From contig OX597840.1 in assembly GCA_951406725.2 (NCBI GenBank), forward strand, positions 13,516,001 through 13,580,000: a stretch of DNA of 64,000 nucleotides, in the 5' to 3' direction. The translations under genes and the position numbers were made by a program. The notes beneath the pieces were generated by a model that saw only the letters and a program-made list of their open reading frames with translations, did no database searches and was not told where the DNA came from. The stretch is from Octopus vulgaris (lineage: Eukaryota). Positions 1 through 13,629 of this stretch are shown here, one piece after another (within the stretch, counting starts at the first letter, position 1; each line of letters opens with the position of its first letter).

Positions 1-1643
1 TCTGATATAAGAAATCAATTTCGTTATAGCTGCCACAAAAGGTGTATTTTCTGTCATGAAAAAGTACAAAAAAATGTCAGCTGGAGGAAGGAGAGATTGT
101 CAGAGGTTGGCGAGATGCAACGGCATAATTCTGCTTAGCGATGGCATCTGGAAAATGTATAACTGCTGTCATTCACAGAAAAATTATTATTTTACCGTGA
201 GAAGAGCGCTGTTGAAGTGTTAAGTGAAATTTGGTAATCAAGGATCGAACCCATGCTATGCCTGCATGAAGCCACTACAAATACGTTGTGGAATAAAAAA
301 TTTACCTACTGTCATGGAAAAAGTGTAACAGTAAAAATGCAGAATTATTGGAGTAATGGGCATTCAAAAACATATGAATGTATAGAAATGTATGAATGAA
401 GTCTTTAAAGTTTAAGATTCAAATTAAGGAAGTGCAATAATAATGTTTAGCAGTTCAAAACTGTGAGCAATGAAATGCAGAATTAGGTCGGCTGATCGTG
501 CGAATCAAATGTTGATTGCTTCACTAAAATCTGCAGATGGTATGGGTTACTTCCTTTGGGTTGTTTAAATATTAGTAATATATGGTAGATAGAAGGATCC
601 ATTGGAAGGGCCCTATTATCGATATTTTCAACAGTCTAAGTATGTCATGAGGTTTCGAGACATGAGTTCTACTCACGTGTCAAATAAAGTATGAAAGTGA
701 TAATGTCTGCAAAATTAGAAATAGGACACACAAAAAATCAATATTCAAAGTAATCGAACATAAACCATGAAATGGGATATTTCCTTTGAGTGTTTAAAAA
801 ATAGTGCTATGAGTTATTTCCCTTGGGTGTTTAAAAAATATTTGTTTTATGAGGTAGATATAAAGGTCCCTTTTTTCATCAATTTTCATTGAAATCAATA
901 AAACGATGTAGGAGGAGTTAGCTAACATAATCAAATACAGAGATCGTGCCCCTCGTGGCCACAGTCCACTCACTGATTGTTTTAACTAATGTTGCTATAA
1001 ACTTTTTATAACATAATAAACAAATTTCTATCATGCTTTATTGTAACGACATTTTGAAAATAAATGAAATATCAAAGTTGTGAAAAGAGCATAAACCTCT
1101 GTTTTGTTTTTTTAAACAGACTTCTTAAGAATATTTTCGTTAACTTGAATGCAGTAAATTAGCTACCGAGAGAGACTCAAAACGTTAAGGCTTTAATCCC
1201 TGGAACGAAGGCGGAAAAAACAATCTGCAATATACATCTGAGAGATTCTGGAATGACTTGTCCCAAACTTTGGCATTGAAATAATAATAATGATAATTAT
1301 GATGATGATGATGTAATAGTAGTAGTAAAAGGATTGGCATAACTTTTCACAAAAATAAACAGACAAGACGAAAAACGCGAGGCGATTGCAATAGATATTT
1401 TATTGGTTGAACGATATTTCAACAGCAAGTATGTCTTTGACGAGTTCAAAATAAAAAGTGAAAGAAATTCAAAATTATGGAAATACAAATCTGAAGTATG
1501 AACGAGAGCAACCAGCGTCCACACGCTTAAGTTGCAATTTTATAACTGGTGAAAAGAAAAAGACAAGAAAGAATGAAGAAAAGGAAAAAAAGAATATTTA
1601 ATCAAACAGTTTTGTACAAATTTGATGATATTCTCCTGTCATT

Positions 1644-1930
1644 TTATTCATTCCTCCAGGGCGTGATGTTAAAAAAAGCACAAACATATTTCTCTTCAGG
1701 CAATTTGAGAAGTGAAAATGAAGTAGATTCAGAATATTTTTTGAGAATATGTACTTTAAAATCTTTTTCAAAATTGCAGCCGTTTGAAGTAAAATGTTCG
1801 GCAAGTTCTGTGGAACTACTGTTATTGTGCCTGACGTAATATCTGTGCCCATTAAACCTTTTGTTTAATTGTTCTGTGGTAAAACTAACATAAATCAAAT
1901 TATGTTTCGTGCATTCTGCAAGATGACAAG
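1644..1930 (-). mobile_element. Decayed GIY-YIG endonuclease fragment (Penelope-like element remnant)
   Basis: Encodes ECTKHNLIYVSFTTEQLNKRFNGHRY...ELAEHF...VHIL...E, a degenerate YIG-T..L..RF..H..HF pattern. Confidence 0.65.
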
Positions 1931-2029
1931 TGTGTTTGTGCGTGCGTGTGTGTGTGTATGTGTATTTTTGGTGAATAAAGGTAATGACAAAGCCAGCTGT
2001 GGTGATGACTGCTAGCTGTGTGTGTCAAG

Positions 2030-3063
2030 CTAGGTCAAAGCCAGGTCAAAAAACAAAGGGCTATATGTATCATAGTGTGTGTGTTGTTTGTAGTGTGTGT
2101 GGCGTAACCTAGTACGTGTGTGCTTGTACGTGCGTGTGTGTGTGTAGGGGGATGTATATGTGGGTTCATTTGTGTGAGAGTGTATGTGTGTGCGAGTATG
2201 TGTGCGTTTGTATGTGTTTGTGTGTATGTGTGCGTGCGCGGATAGGTGTATATTGTGTATGTATATCTGTCGGTGTGTATGTGAGTTTGTGTGTGTTTGT
2301 ACGCGTGTGTGTGTGTGTATATATATGTAAATGTGTGTGTGTGTGTGTGTGTGCGTGTGTGTGTACGTGCGTGCGAGTGAATGTATGTATATATGTGTGC
2401 GTGTGTGTACAATGTAGGGGCTTATATGTGTGTTTATATGTGTGTGTATGTATGTGTTTGTGTGTGTGTATGTATGTATGTATATGTATGTGTGTATGTA
2501 TGTATGTATGTGTGTATGTGTGTGTGTATGTGTGTATGCATGCGTGTGTGTATGTATGTATGTGTGTATGTGTGTGTATATGTGTGTATGTATGTATGTA
2601 TGTGTGTGTGTGTATGTGTGTGTGTATGTATGTATGTACGTACTATGTATGTATGTGTGTGTGTATGTATGTATGTATGTAGGTATGTGTGTATGTATGT
2701 ATTTTTGCATGCGTGTATGTGTGTATGTGCGTGTGTGTACATATGTATGTTTATGTATGTGTGTATGTATTTATGTATGTAGTGTATGTATGTGTGTGTG
2801 TATGTATGTATGTGTGCATGCGTGTATGTGTGCATGTGTGTGTATGCATGTATGTATATATATGTGTGTGTGTGTCTGTGTGTATGTATGTATATGTGTG
2901 TGTATGTATGTGCGTATGTATGTATGTGTGTGCATGTGTGTGTATGTATGTATGTATGTATGTGCATGTGTGTAAGTTTGTGTGTATGTATGTATGTATG
3001 TACGTGTGTGTGTATGTATGTGTGTGTGTGTATGTATGTGTGTATGTATGTATGTGTGCGTGC

Positions 3064-3099
<36 letters not shown>

Positions 3100-4456
3100 A
3101 TATGTATGTTTGTGTATGTATGTATCTATGTATGTATGTGTGTTTGTATGTGTGTATATATGTATGTATGTGTGTATGCGTGTGTGTGTGTGTAAGTGTG
3201 TATGTATGTGTGTGTATGTAAGTGTGTGTGTATGTATGTATGGACGGGTGTATGTGTCTAAGTGTGTGTGTGTATGTGTATGTGTATGTATGTATATGTA
3301 CGCGTGTGTGTATGTATGTATGTGTGTATAGTATGTGTGTGTGTATGTATGTATGTGTGCATGCGTGTATATGTGCATGTGTGTGTCTGTATGTATGCAT
3401 GTATATGTATGTGTGTGTGTATGTATATGTGTCTATGTATGTATGTGTGTATGTATGTGTGTATGTGTGTGTATGTATGTGTGTGTATATGTATGTATGT
3501 ATGTAAGTGTGTGTGTATGTATGTGTGTATGTGTGTGTGTGTGTGTGTGTATGTGTGTATGTATGTGTGTTGTATGTATGTATGTGTGTGTACGTGTGTG
3601 TATATGTATGTGTGTATGTATGTATGTGTGTGTGTATGTGTGTGTGTATGTGTGTGTGTATGTATGTGTGTATTTGTGTATGTGTGTGTGTATGTATGTA
3701 TGTATATGTATGGGTGTGTATGTGTGTATGTATGTGTTTGTGCGTATGTGTGTGTATGTATGTTTGTGTGTGTGTGTGTATCTGTGTATATATGTGTGTT
3801 GTATGTATGTATGTATGCATGTGTGTGTACGTGTGTGTATGTATGCATGTATGTATGTGTGTGTATGTATGTGTGCTTGCGTGTGTGTGTGGGTATGTGT
3901 GTGTATGTATGTGTGTATGTATATGTATGTGTGTGTATGTATGTATGTGTGTATGTATGTGTGTGTGTGAATGTATGTATGTGTGCATATGTGTATGTGT
4001 GTGTGTATGTATGTGTGTGTATGTATGTATAAATGTATGTATGTATGTATGAATGTATGTATGTATGTATGTGTGCGTGTGTGTGTATGTATGTATGTAT
4101 GTATGAATGTATCTATGTATGTATTATGTGTGTGTACATATGTATGTGTGTGTGTGAATGTATACGTGTGGGGGGGTTTGGAGTTGTGTGGGCGTAAGGT
4201 ACATGTGCGTGTGTGCGCTTACGTGCGTGTATCTGTGCGTCCCAGCTAGGTGTTTATAGGAGTGTGCGTATCTGTATGAGTATTGTCCCTGGTGTGTGTG
4301 CACGGGCATGTGTGTGTGTGCACGTGGGTGTGTGTGGGTGTGTGTATGGGTGTGGAAGTATGTGTGCGTACATGTGCATGTACGTTGTGTGTGTGTGGTG
4401 TGTTGGGAGTAGGTGTGTTCGTGGGTACGTGAGTATGTGTGTGTGTGTGACTGCAT
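2030..4456. repeat. Compound (TG)n/(TATG)n microsatellite, probably the 3' UTR of the adjacent PLE
   Basis: About 2.4 kb of alternating purine-pyrimidine repeats just downstream of the PLE ORF stop at 4556. Confidence 0.9.
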
Positions 4457-4555
4457 AAGGACAATTATAAAATTTTAAAAAAATTAAAAATAAATAATAA
4501 TTAATAAACAAAAAATAAAAAATAAAAGATGCGGGGGAGAAGTGGAGCGCAGCCA

Positions 4556-7280
4556 CTAAGAGGAGGGGGCTGTGTTGAGTCCGTGTGGGGTTAGAGTCCG
4601 TAGAAGGAATATGAACCGTTGCTCCAAGTGAAGCCTAGATTGGGAAGAGCCGTTGTGTGGGGCAAGACCAAACACCGAGATGTCATCGGGGGAATGGCTG
4701 GCTGAGCGGAAGTGCCGTGCGACGGGAGAATTGGAAAATAGACGAACATCCCGCAGATGCTCGGTGAATCGGTCTGACAACCGACGTCCCGTCTGTCCTA
4801 TATACAGCATCCTGCAGCGGTTGCATTTACTGCAGTATATGAGTCCAGACGAGGTGCACGTAAAGGAATACCTGATACGTACAGTTCGCCGGTTGGAACC
4901 GGTGACAGCAGTGGTGTTGGTGATGAAGGGGCAGGTGTTGCAGCGGGATCTGGAGCATGGGAAGGATCCGAGTGGGGCCGAGGGGGAAGAAGGGAGGGTG
5001 CTACGGACCAGGAGGTCGCGTAGATTCCGGGCTCGTTTGAGCACGAAGTATCTTCCGACGAAGGGGTAGTGTAGAGGGGTGGAAAGGAGGGGAAAGGGGT
5101 GCGGTTGGGGGGGGTGATTGGAAGGAGAAAGGGCGGTGGTGCGGTCGATGCGACGAGCGCGGGCGAGGGCGTTCAAGACCAGGGTAGGTGGGTATCCTCG
5201 AAGCCTGAACAGGCGGGCCAGGTATTGAGACTGGGTCTCGAAATCCTGGTCGCGGCTGCACAAGCGTCGGAGGCGGAGGAACTGGGAGTAGGGGATAGCC
5301 CGTTTGGTGTGGAAGGGATGGGAGGAGGAGAAGTTGAGATAGAGGTGGGAATCCGTGAGTTTGAAGAAGGCGGAGGTGGTGAGAGAGTGGGAGCGGTGGT
5401 CGATGCTGAGTGAGATATCTAGGAAGTTAACGGAAGTATTGGATATAGTGGAAGTGAATTGTAGAGAGGGGTGGAAGTTAGAGAGGAAAGAGATGAAGTG
5501 ACAGAGTTGTTCACGGGAAAGGGAGGTGGCGCCTATACAGTCGTCTATGTAACGACCGTATAGTTCTGGGGTCGGCCCGGAGAATTGGGAGAATACTTGG
5601 GCCTCAATGTAGCCAACAAAGAGATTGGCGAAATTGGGACCCATTCTCGTTCCCATCGCGACCCCGGACACCTGTTGGTACGTTTCCCCGCGAACGTGAA
5701 ACAGTTGAGGGTTAGGACGAGCTCTGCCAGGCGGAGAAGGGTGGAGGTGCTAGGGGTGAGGTCGGGGCGACGGTCGAGGAAGTGTTGGAGAGCTAGGAGA
5801 CCGTCGTTGTGGGGAATCACCGTATACAGTGATTTGATGTCAAGGGTGAAGAGGAGGTGTGAGGGGCTGGAAGGGAAGGAAAAGGAATTGAAGAGACGGA
5901 GGGCGTGGTTGGTATCATGTATGTGAGAAGGGAGGGCTTTGACTAAAGGGGACAGGATGCGGTCGAGGTATAGGGAAATGTGTTCAGTAGGGCAATTACA
6001 GGCGGAAACAATGGGGCGGCCAGGGGTATTGGGCTTATGAATTTTGGGAAGGAAATAGATGGTGGAGGTGCGGGGTGTGCGGACGATGAGGTTGGTGGCG
6101 GTGGGGGGAGAGCAGAAGAAGAGATGAGATCGCGGATAGTGGAGGCCACTCGCTGTTGGTAGGAAGAGGTGGGATCAGAGGGGAGGAGGCGATAGAAGAG
6201 GGGATTTTGAAGCTGGCTGAGCGCTTCCTCCCTGTAGAGATCCGCGCGCCACACCACCACTGCTCCGCCTTTGTCCGCCGGTTTGATGACAATGTCATTG
6301 CGGCGACGGAGGTGGCGATGGGCAACCAATTCAGCCTGTGTGAGGTTGTCTCGGAGAGGTCTTTTTTAAAATCAAACCGGTTTACCAACGCGTTGCAGTC
6401 GTTCACAAACGAGTCTAGGCTTCTGAATTGGCCCGGGGGCGGCGTCCAGTTGGATGGGCGGCGCCCCAGCTCCAAAAAGCAATCCTGATTGTCGTGACGC
6501 TGCGGAGACGCGTGGTAGAAGGCGCAAAGTTTGAGGCGGCGCAGGAACTGGTTGACGTTCGTCCGAGTCTCGAATTCGTCACAGTGGCGCGTGAGAGGCG
6601 TTAAACGGAGTCCCTTACTGAGGAGAGAGCGCTCGGCTGCGGAGAGGGGGAGATTGGGGGGTATAGTGACAACAGTGCGAGGAAGCGGGGTGGTGGGATG
6701 AGTGGGGTCGGGAAGAGGGGGTGCAGAGGTGTGGGGAGGAGAGTGGGGGTGGTTAGGTGAAGTGGGGGTAGGCGTAGAAAGGTCAGGGTGGGGTGTGTGT
6801 TGGTTCGTGGGGGGAGGGGGAGGGGTGGAGAGAGTCGGGGGAGCTGGAGGGGAGGAAGTGGAGGATGTGGAGGAGAGGGGAGCGGAAGGAGGTAAAGGGT
6901 TGAGGAGGTGGTGGAGTTTTTTGTTTTTTGTGTGTGAGGAAATTATGAAGCTGGTGGTTGAGATTAAGAATGAAGCGGAGAATAGGTTGGGTGAAGAGTG
7001 GAGGGCAGAGGGAGGAGAGAAGAAGGTAAGCTTGGGGAAGTAGGTGGTCAAAGGAGTGGAGGAGAGAGCGGGTGGAACGGATGGTAGCACGGATGAGGAG
7101 GCGTGAAGTGCGGGCGAGGGTGGGTTCGATGAAGGGGGAGGAATAGGGGGTGGCGTGGAACTTCAAGAGGAAGCCACGGGGTGTGACGTGATAGCGGAGG
7201 CAACGGCTGAGGAAGGAGAGATGGCTAGAGTGGCGAGTTTTTTTAAAAAGTGAGAGAGTTTTTTTGCGGGTTGTAAGCAT
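4556..7280 (-). mobile_element. Penelope-like element (Neptune-type), near full-length, frameshifted
   Basis: Across several frames: N-terminal region, IKPADKGGAVVV, DIKSLYTVIPH, GVAMGTRMGPNFANLF, RYIDD, FLD, a Cys linker PCSRSRCNTC, and C-terminal GIY-YIG (LIYC..C..C..LYIGQTGRRL..RF.EH). Confidence 0.93.
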
Positions 7281-7589
7281 TGAGGGGGGGGAAGAAAGCG
7301 AGAAAGCGGCTAAGAAGGGATTGAAGGTGTTGGACGAACGAGTGCAAGTCAGGCATGTTGGGAAGTGGTGAAGGTGTATGTAGGTGTAAGTGGTGGTGAC
7401 ACAAGTGGAAGAATGGAGGTGGAAGAAGAAAGGTAAAGAAGGAAAAAGGAAAAATACAGGGAGATAAGTTCAGGAAAAGAGTTCAGGAGAAAGTTAAATA
7501 AGAGTCACGGACAGATTTTTTTGATTTCCAATCACGAGTTCAGTGGCGTACTCCGGAAGGATGGTAACAGTAATCCGTAGGTGAAAAAA

Positions 7590-7833
7590 AATTTTAGAGA
7601 GTTACTTCCCTTATATATGCCAAAAATGCATTAAAAATGGGAAAAATTGATGGTAAATTTTTTTTAAATCGTAGACTCATTGTAGACGCGCGCTACTACC
7701 CAGAAGGGCTCGATATGAATCACGACTATAAGGTACCCGGTTTTGGTTAAACTGCACCACAAAATGTGGGAGTAGTTAGGAATCTAAATCGTAAAAGACA
7801 GACAGCACACAACCTTACTTTTATATATAAAGA
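7590..7833 (-). mobile_element. Partial non-autonomous Helitron
   Basis: Near-identical to part of the 52072-52373 copy (gagttacttccctta...aactgcaccacaaaatgtggga...ttttatatataaaga). The CTAG end is missing. Confidence 0.7.
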
Positions 7834-7883
7834 TATATATAAATATATATATAATTGTATGTATATATATATATATATATATA

Positions 7884-10195
7884 TCAAAGCCTCTATACTG
7901 TTATCCCTCACCACGAAGGACTGCAGGCCCTTCGACACTTTCTTGACCTCCGCTCTAACCCTGTACCTGACACCTCCACACTCATTCGTCTGGCCGAACT
8001 TGTCCTTACTCTGAACTGCTTCGCGTTCGCGGGCGAGTTCTACCATCAGGTCTCGGGAGTGGCCATGGGAAAGCGAATGGGCCCCAACTATGCGAACCTG
8101 TTCGTTGGCTATGTTGAGGCCCAAATATTCTCTAATTTCACTGGTCCCACTCCTGAACTATATGGTCGTTACATCGACGACATTGTCGGTGCCACCTCAC
8201 TCTCCCGCGAACATCTAGATTCCTTCCTCTCTTTCGTCCAATCTTTCCATCCAGCCCTCCACTTCACTTCCACTATCTCCAACACCTCTGTCTCCTTCCT
8301 CGACATTTCGGTTAGCATTCTTCACTCCACTCTTACCACCTCCATTCACTACAAACACACAGACTCACACTCATACCTCAACTTCTCTTCCTCCCACCCA
8401 GAACACACCAAGCTTTCCATCCCCTATTCCCAATTCCTCCGTCTACGTAGGCTCTGTAGTGACGACCATGACTTTGAGACTCAGTCTCAACGTATGGCTC
8501 ACCACTTCACCCTACGTGGATACCCCCTCACCACTATCCACACCGCCCTTGCCAGAGCACGGTCCGTGGACCGTGTATCTGCTCTCTCTCCCCGAACCCG
8601 CCCTGTAGTCTCCCGCCTCCCTTTTCCCCTCACTTACCACCCCACGACCCTACGTCTCCAACGCACCATTCTTCGAGCTTTCCGTCATCTCCAGTCCGAC
8701 CCGTCCACTTCACACCTCTTCCCTAACCGACCCCTCCCCTCTTTCAAACGAGCCCACAACATTCGAGACCTTTTGGTCCATAGCTCCTTCCCTGACCCTA
8801 CCTCCCAACCCGGCTCGTTCCCCTGCTCCCGCCCACGTTGCCGCACTTGCCCTTACCTCTCCAACACCACCCGCCTCACTAGCACCCACCATCGACCCTA
8901 TCCCATCATCCACTCCTTCACCTGCACCTCCAGCAATATTATCTATTGCATCTCTTGCTCTCTCTGCAATTCCTTGTACATCGGACAAACGGGACGCCGT
9001 TTGGCTGACCGGTTCGCGGAACACCTTCGTGACATCCACCTTGCGAACGACACACCGGTCTCACGCCATTTCCGCTCCACCGGTCACTCCTTGCAACACC
9101 TATCTGTGTTCGGTTTGTCCTTACACAGAGGCCATCGGGATTCCCGTTTGCGCCGTGAACAGGAATTAATCTTCTCTCTTCGCTCTTATACGCCATTTGG
9201 TCTCAACTCTCCCCCCCCTCATCTAACCCTCCTCTCCCCCCTCCTCACCTATCCTTTCCCCCCCGACCCCTACTTCTTCAGTCCTTCATCCTTTCACCCC
9301 TACTCCCCTTCCCTTCTTCCCTCTTTCTCCCTCCCTCCTTCCCTCTTCCCCTTCCCTCTGCTCCCTCACTCCCTCTCTCCCCTTCTCTCTCCCCCTCTCC
9401 CTCTTTCCTCCTTCCTCCCCCTCATTCCCTTCCTTCTCCCCTCCTATCTCTCCCCCATCCTCTCCTCTTCCCCCTCTCCTTCCCCCCCTCTTCTCCCCTC
9501 CCCCTCTTCTCCTCACACCACACGACTTTACACATCACATCATATATGATGTGCCATACTAATACATACACCAACTAATACATACACCAACTAATACATA
9601 CTAATACGTACTAATACATACTAATACATACTAATACATACACCAACCCTACACATACACACGTCCAGACCCCTCATACGCACTTATACTCTCTCATACA
9701 CACACACACTTATACATACTAATACGTACTAATACATACTAATACATACACCAACCCCATACATACGCACGTCCAGACCAATCCTACGCACTAATACTCT
9801 CTGATACACACACACACACACCCTTATACATACTAATACATACACCAACCCTATACCTACACACGTCCAGACCCCTCCTACGCACTATTAGCTGGTCCTT
9901 CAACCCTATTATCAACCCTATTATCTCCCCTTATTTCGCTCTCGCGTCTCATGTTTGATCTTTGACCTCTGGCCGAAATCAGATCGCCATGTTGATTCGT
10001 TAGCTACTGCACGCATTTTTTTTCTCTCCTTCTTTCTGTGTTTTTTTCTCTCTGTGTATCTTTCTGTTGAAGAGCGTAGGCTCGAAACGTTAAAGACTTG
10101 TTTTATTTATATTTCCTGAGCGCCATACTAATACAATTGTTCGTTTGTTTTCCACCTGCCTTCGTCTTTTGTCTATTTTCATAAAGCTTCCCGTT
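7884..10195 (+). mobile_element. Penelope-like element (Neptune-type), 5'-truncated, inserted in (TA)n
   Basis: Open ORF from SLYTVIPH through GVAMG, YIDD, PCSRPRCRTC and IIYCISCSLCNSLYIGQT. The 3' UTR has short tandem repeats and a hammerhead-like motif. (TA)n lies on both sides. Confidence 0.93.
10058..10097 (+). ncRNA. Minimal hammerhead ribozyme variant in PLE 3' terminal repeat
   Basis: TTGAAGA core, GAGC-GTAG-GCTC hairpin (overlapping the core), GAAA, palindromic AACGTT stem III, and tcttt/aaaga stem I. Confidence 0.65.
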
Positions 10196-10364
10196 ATATA
10201 TATATATACATACATATATCTGTATATATACATATCTATATATATATATACATACATACATATATATATATTTACATATATATATATAAGTATATATATA
10301 AATATATATATAAATATTTATACATATATATATTTACATATATATATATACATACATATATATT

Positions 10365-10397
<33 letters not shown>

Positions 10398-10480
10398 TTA
10401 TATACATACATATATAAATATATATATAAATATTTATACATATATATATTTACATATATATATATACATACATATATATT

Positions 10481-10513
<33 letters not shown>

Positions 10514-10581
10514 TTATATACATACATATATAAATATATATATACATATATATATAAATATATATATATATATACATATAC

Positions 10582-10683
<102 letters not shown>

Positions 10684-10795
10684 ACTATTATTTCTAAATC
10701 TCTCAAAGATATTCAGTAACATCGATGTTTCCTGGAACTAAAACAACAGTAACAATCGTCCTATCCAGGATAGCCACATTATGTTGCCAAATAGT

Positions 10796-10836
<41 letters not shown>

Positions 10837-10889
10837 GAGAGAGGGGAGGGAGGGACTGATACAGAGAGAGAGAGAGTGTGTGAGTGAAC

Positions 10890-11141
10890 AATAAGAAAAT
10901 GGAGGGGATCAATAAGTGGTAGTCATCAACTTTTAGGCATTATATTATGTCAATTTATTTATTTATTTACTAAAATGACAATTACAAGAATATACATTCA
11001 TGTACAACATATTATGCTTTACATATAAAATATATTAATATATAAAGATACCAGTAATTATTAAAATATAACATATAAGTTGACATAATATAATGTCTAA
11101 AAGTTGATGAATCACCTGTTGATCCCCTCCATTTTCTTATT
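10890..11141. mobile_element. MITE-like element with ~65 bp imperfect terminal inverted repeats
   Basis: Left arm aataagaaaatggaggggatcaa...tcatcaacttttaggcattatattatgtcaa is the reverse complement of right arm ttgacataatataatgtctaaaagttgatga...ttgatcccctccattttcttatt. Confidence 0.7.
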
Positions 11142-11320
11142 TGCTATATAAATTAATGGTAAAATATCTCTTTACTTTCACCCATTTAGTACACTCGGTA
11201 ATGTGATTTCAATGTAATAGAAAACACTTGTGTATTAATAATTGGGTATTCTACCAACAGTATATTGGATAGATATTATCCCTTAGTTGGTTGGATTCAC
11301 AACCTCTAACTTTCTTGGAG

Positions 11321-11357
<37 letters not shown>

Positions 11358-11515
11358 ACGAACTTCTTTCGGTTGCTGTCTACCTAACTCACAAGGCTCG
11401 AGGCTATGGTAGAAGACATTTACCCAAGGTGCCGCGCAGTGGAACTGAAGCCAGGACCAAATGGTTGGGAACCAAGCTTCTTACAACACAGCAACGCCTG
11501 CACCTATCTATATAA

Positions 11516-11612
<97 letters not shown>

Positions 11613-11709
11613 TGTTTAGTTAGTGTGATGTAAATTAGTTTGGTTATGTAGACAACGTTCTCTGTAGCTCAGTTAATTAAATATGCGATAAAGTTCTTAA
11701 AATGTTTCC

Positions 11710-11876
11710 TTAACTCCTGATAAAAGCTTGTGGAAATCGTTCTTCACTGTTGACAATCTTTTCACATTCCATCATAAAATCATAAGCGATTCTCTCACTG
11801 ACAACAGAATCATTCTTGTAATCTTCATGATTTCTTACAAACTGTCTTGTCCATTGGGCCATTGTCATTATCTTTC
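11710..11876 (-). CDS. GCLC: GCLC-like terminal coding exon
   Basis: Acceptor tcttacAG. Encodes (G)KIMTMAQWTRQFVRNHEDYKNDSVVSERIAYDFMMECEKIVNSEERFPQAFIRS-stop, matching GELMT.A.W.R.F...HPDYK.DSV. Confidence 0.94.
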
Positions 11877-12061
11877 CTGTAAGATAAAAATAAATTAGAA
11901 TAATAAATAATTCGTTTTTCATTTCAGATGGAAATTATTTGGTGTATTCTGTAACAATATCCTGGCTTCGTCAAATGAGGTACAAATAGATAAAGCCCTA
12001 ATAGTTTTAGCAGTGATAATTGTTTCTACGAAGCTTACAAAGAATAAGTCTTGGGGTCGAT

Positions 12062-12146
12062 TTGTTCGACGCTTTAAGGTGTTGTTCGACCCTTTAAGGT
12101 GTTGTTCGACCCTTTAAGGTGTTGTTCGACCCTTTAAGGTGTTGCT
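12062..12146. repeat. 20-bp tandem repeat (tttaaggtgttgttcgaccc) x ~4 within a SINE-like repeat
   Basis: Directly visible tandem units. Confidence 0.85.
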
Positions 12147-12204
12147 CCAGCATGGACGTAGTCAAATGACTGAAACAAATACAAGAGCAAAAGTAACATA
12201 TATA

Positions 12205-12547
12205 TAGCAGAGTAAAATTAATTTATTATATAGAAGGAGCTTCTACAGGACTAGAACTGTTTCATTCAAGAGAAATCTTCAGGAAGCTATCTTCAGAATT
12301 GTATCTTCAGAATTGTATTGGCATTTATACATTTAGGCAGGTTTATAGGGGTGGTGGTGGGGGACTTTTTGGGGGTAGGCATAGCGCAAAAAAATCATAC
12401 TTGGGGGAGTGGTCAAGGAGTCAGTGGTAAATTAGATAGAAGAATAAACAAAAGAATAAAAAAAGAATAAAAAAATAAAAAAATATATAGAAGAATAGAG
12501 TTTTAGGTAAATAAGGAAATTCTCACTTATACCTATACACATATGTA

Positions 12548-12587
<40 letters not shown>

Positions 12588-12614
12588 CATACACACATAC
12601 ATACACACACACCC

Positions 12615-12645
<31 letters not shown>
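12205..12645 (-). repeat. PLE pseudo-LTR (3' copy), inverted partner of 19072-19510
   Basis: Near-identical reverse complement of 19072-19510; contains a hammerhead. Confidence 0.88.
12238..12288 (-). ncRNA. Type I hammerhead ribozyme
   Basis: Minus strand reads AGCTTC CTGAAGA T-TTC-TCTT-GAA-T GAAA CAG-TTCTAGTC-CTG TA GAAGCT. This gives a 6-bp stem I, canonical CUGANGA/GAAA core, short stem II, stem III and a GUA cleavage triplet. Confidence 0.8.
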
Positions 12646-12647
<2 letters not shown>

Positions 12648-13591
12648 TACATATACATACATATATCTACCTATATATATATATATATATACATATATAT
12701 ACATATACATACATACACATATACATGCATATACATATACACACACACATGTATATATACACACACACGACCACACATACACATACACACAAAAAAATAT
12801 ATACATACACACACATACACATACACACATACACACACATATCCACATACACACACAACACACAAGTCCCTATATACTCATATATACATATACACACATA
12901 TGTATATATACATCATCATCATCATCATTTAACGTCCGCTTTCCATGCTAGCATGGGTTGGACGGTTCACATACATATGTGTACCTATTCATACCTACAC
13001 ATACACACATATATATACATACAAATACAAACCCATTCCCTAATTTTAATTTTATTATCTTCATTTATTACTTTTGTTATCTTTGACCGCTGGTCACAAG
13101 CATCTTGGCTAAGACAGCTAGTCCCTTTTATCTTTCTACTTGAGCACAAGCACTCACTCACGCACGCACACTCATTAGCACGCACAAACACTCATTCGTA
13201 CACTCATACACATACACGCACGCACGCGTTATATTCATACATACATACATCTACATTCATACACGTTTATACACATACGTACGCGTACCTACAGATTCAT
13301 GTCTACAATCTTAGAAGACTAGTCTATACATATACACCAAATATATATACACACATACATATACACCTACATACAAATACATACATACATATATATACAC
13401 ACATATATATATATACACATATACACATACACACACATATATATATATATATATACACACATCCGCATACACACATACATACATACACCCATACATACAT
13501 ATATACACACATACACACACCCACACGTATACATATACATACATATACGCGCATGCATACACATACAAATACATACACATACACATATACA

Positions 13592-13629
<38 letters not shown>

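Noticed and set aside
1160-1195. gag-aga-ctc-aaaacgtt hairpin resembling a decayed PLE hammerhead
   Set aside because: Both core motifs are mismatched, so support is insufficient.
2030-4456. Long HTYI/VCMY-rich ORFs (also 12.4-17 kb, 24.6-25.4 kb, 29.2-29.9 kb, 32-33.6 kb, 37.7-38.4 kb)
   Set aside because: These are translations of dinucleotide microsatellites that lack stop codons in most frames; they are not genes.
4556-7280. Frameshifts in the PLE ORF as programmed recoding
   Set aside because: Multiple shifts plus an internal deletion near 5070 relative to the sister element point to decay or sequencing error.
9200-9549. Pro/Ser/Leu-rich C-terminal extension of the 564-aa ORF
   Set aside because: Read-through into a polypyrimidine tract after the GIY-YIG GLN end, probably from a homopolymer-C indel.
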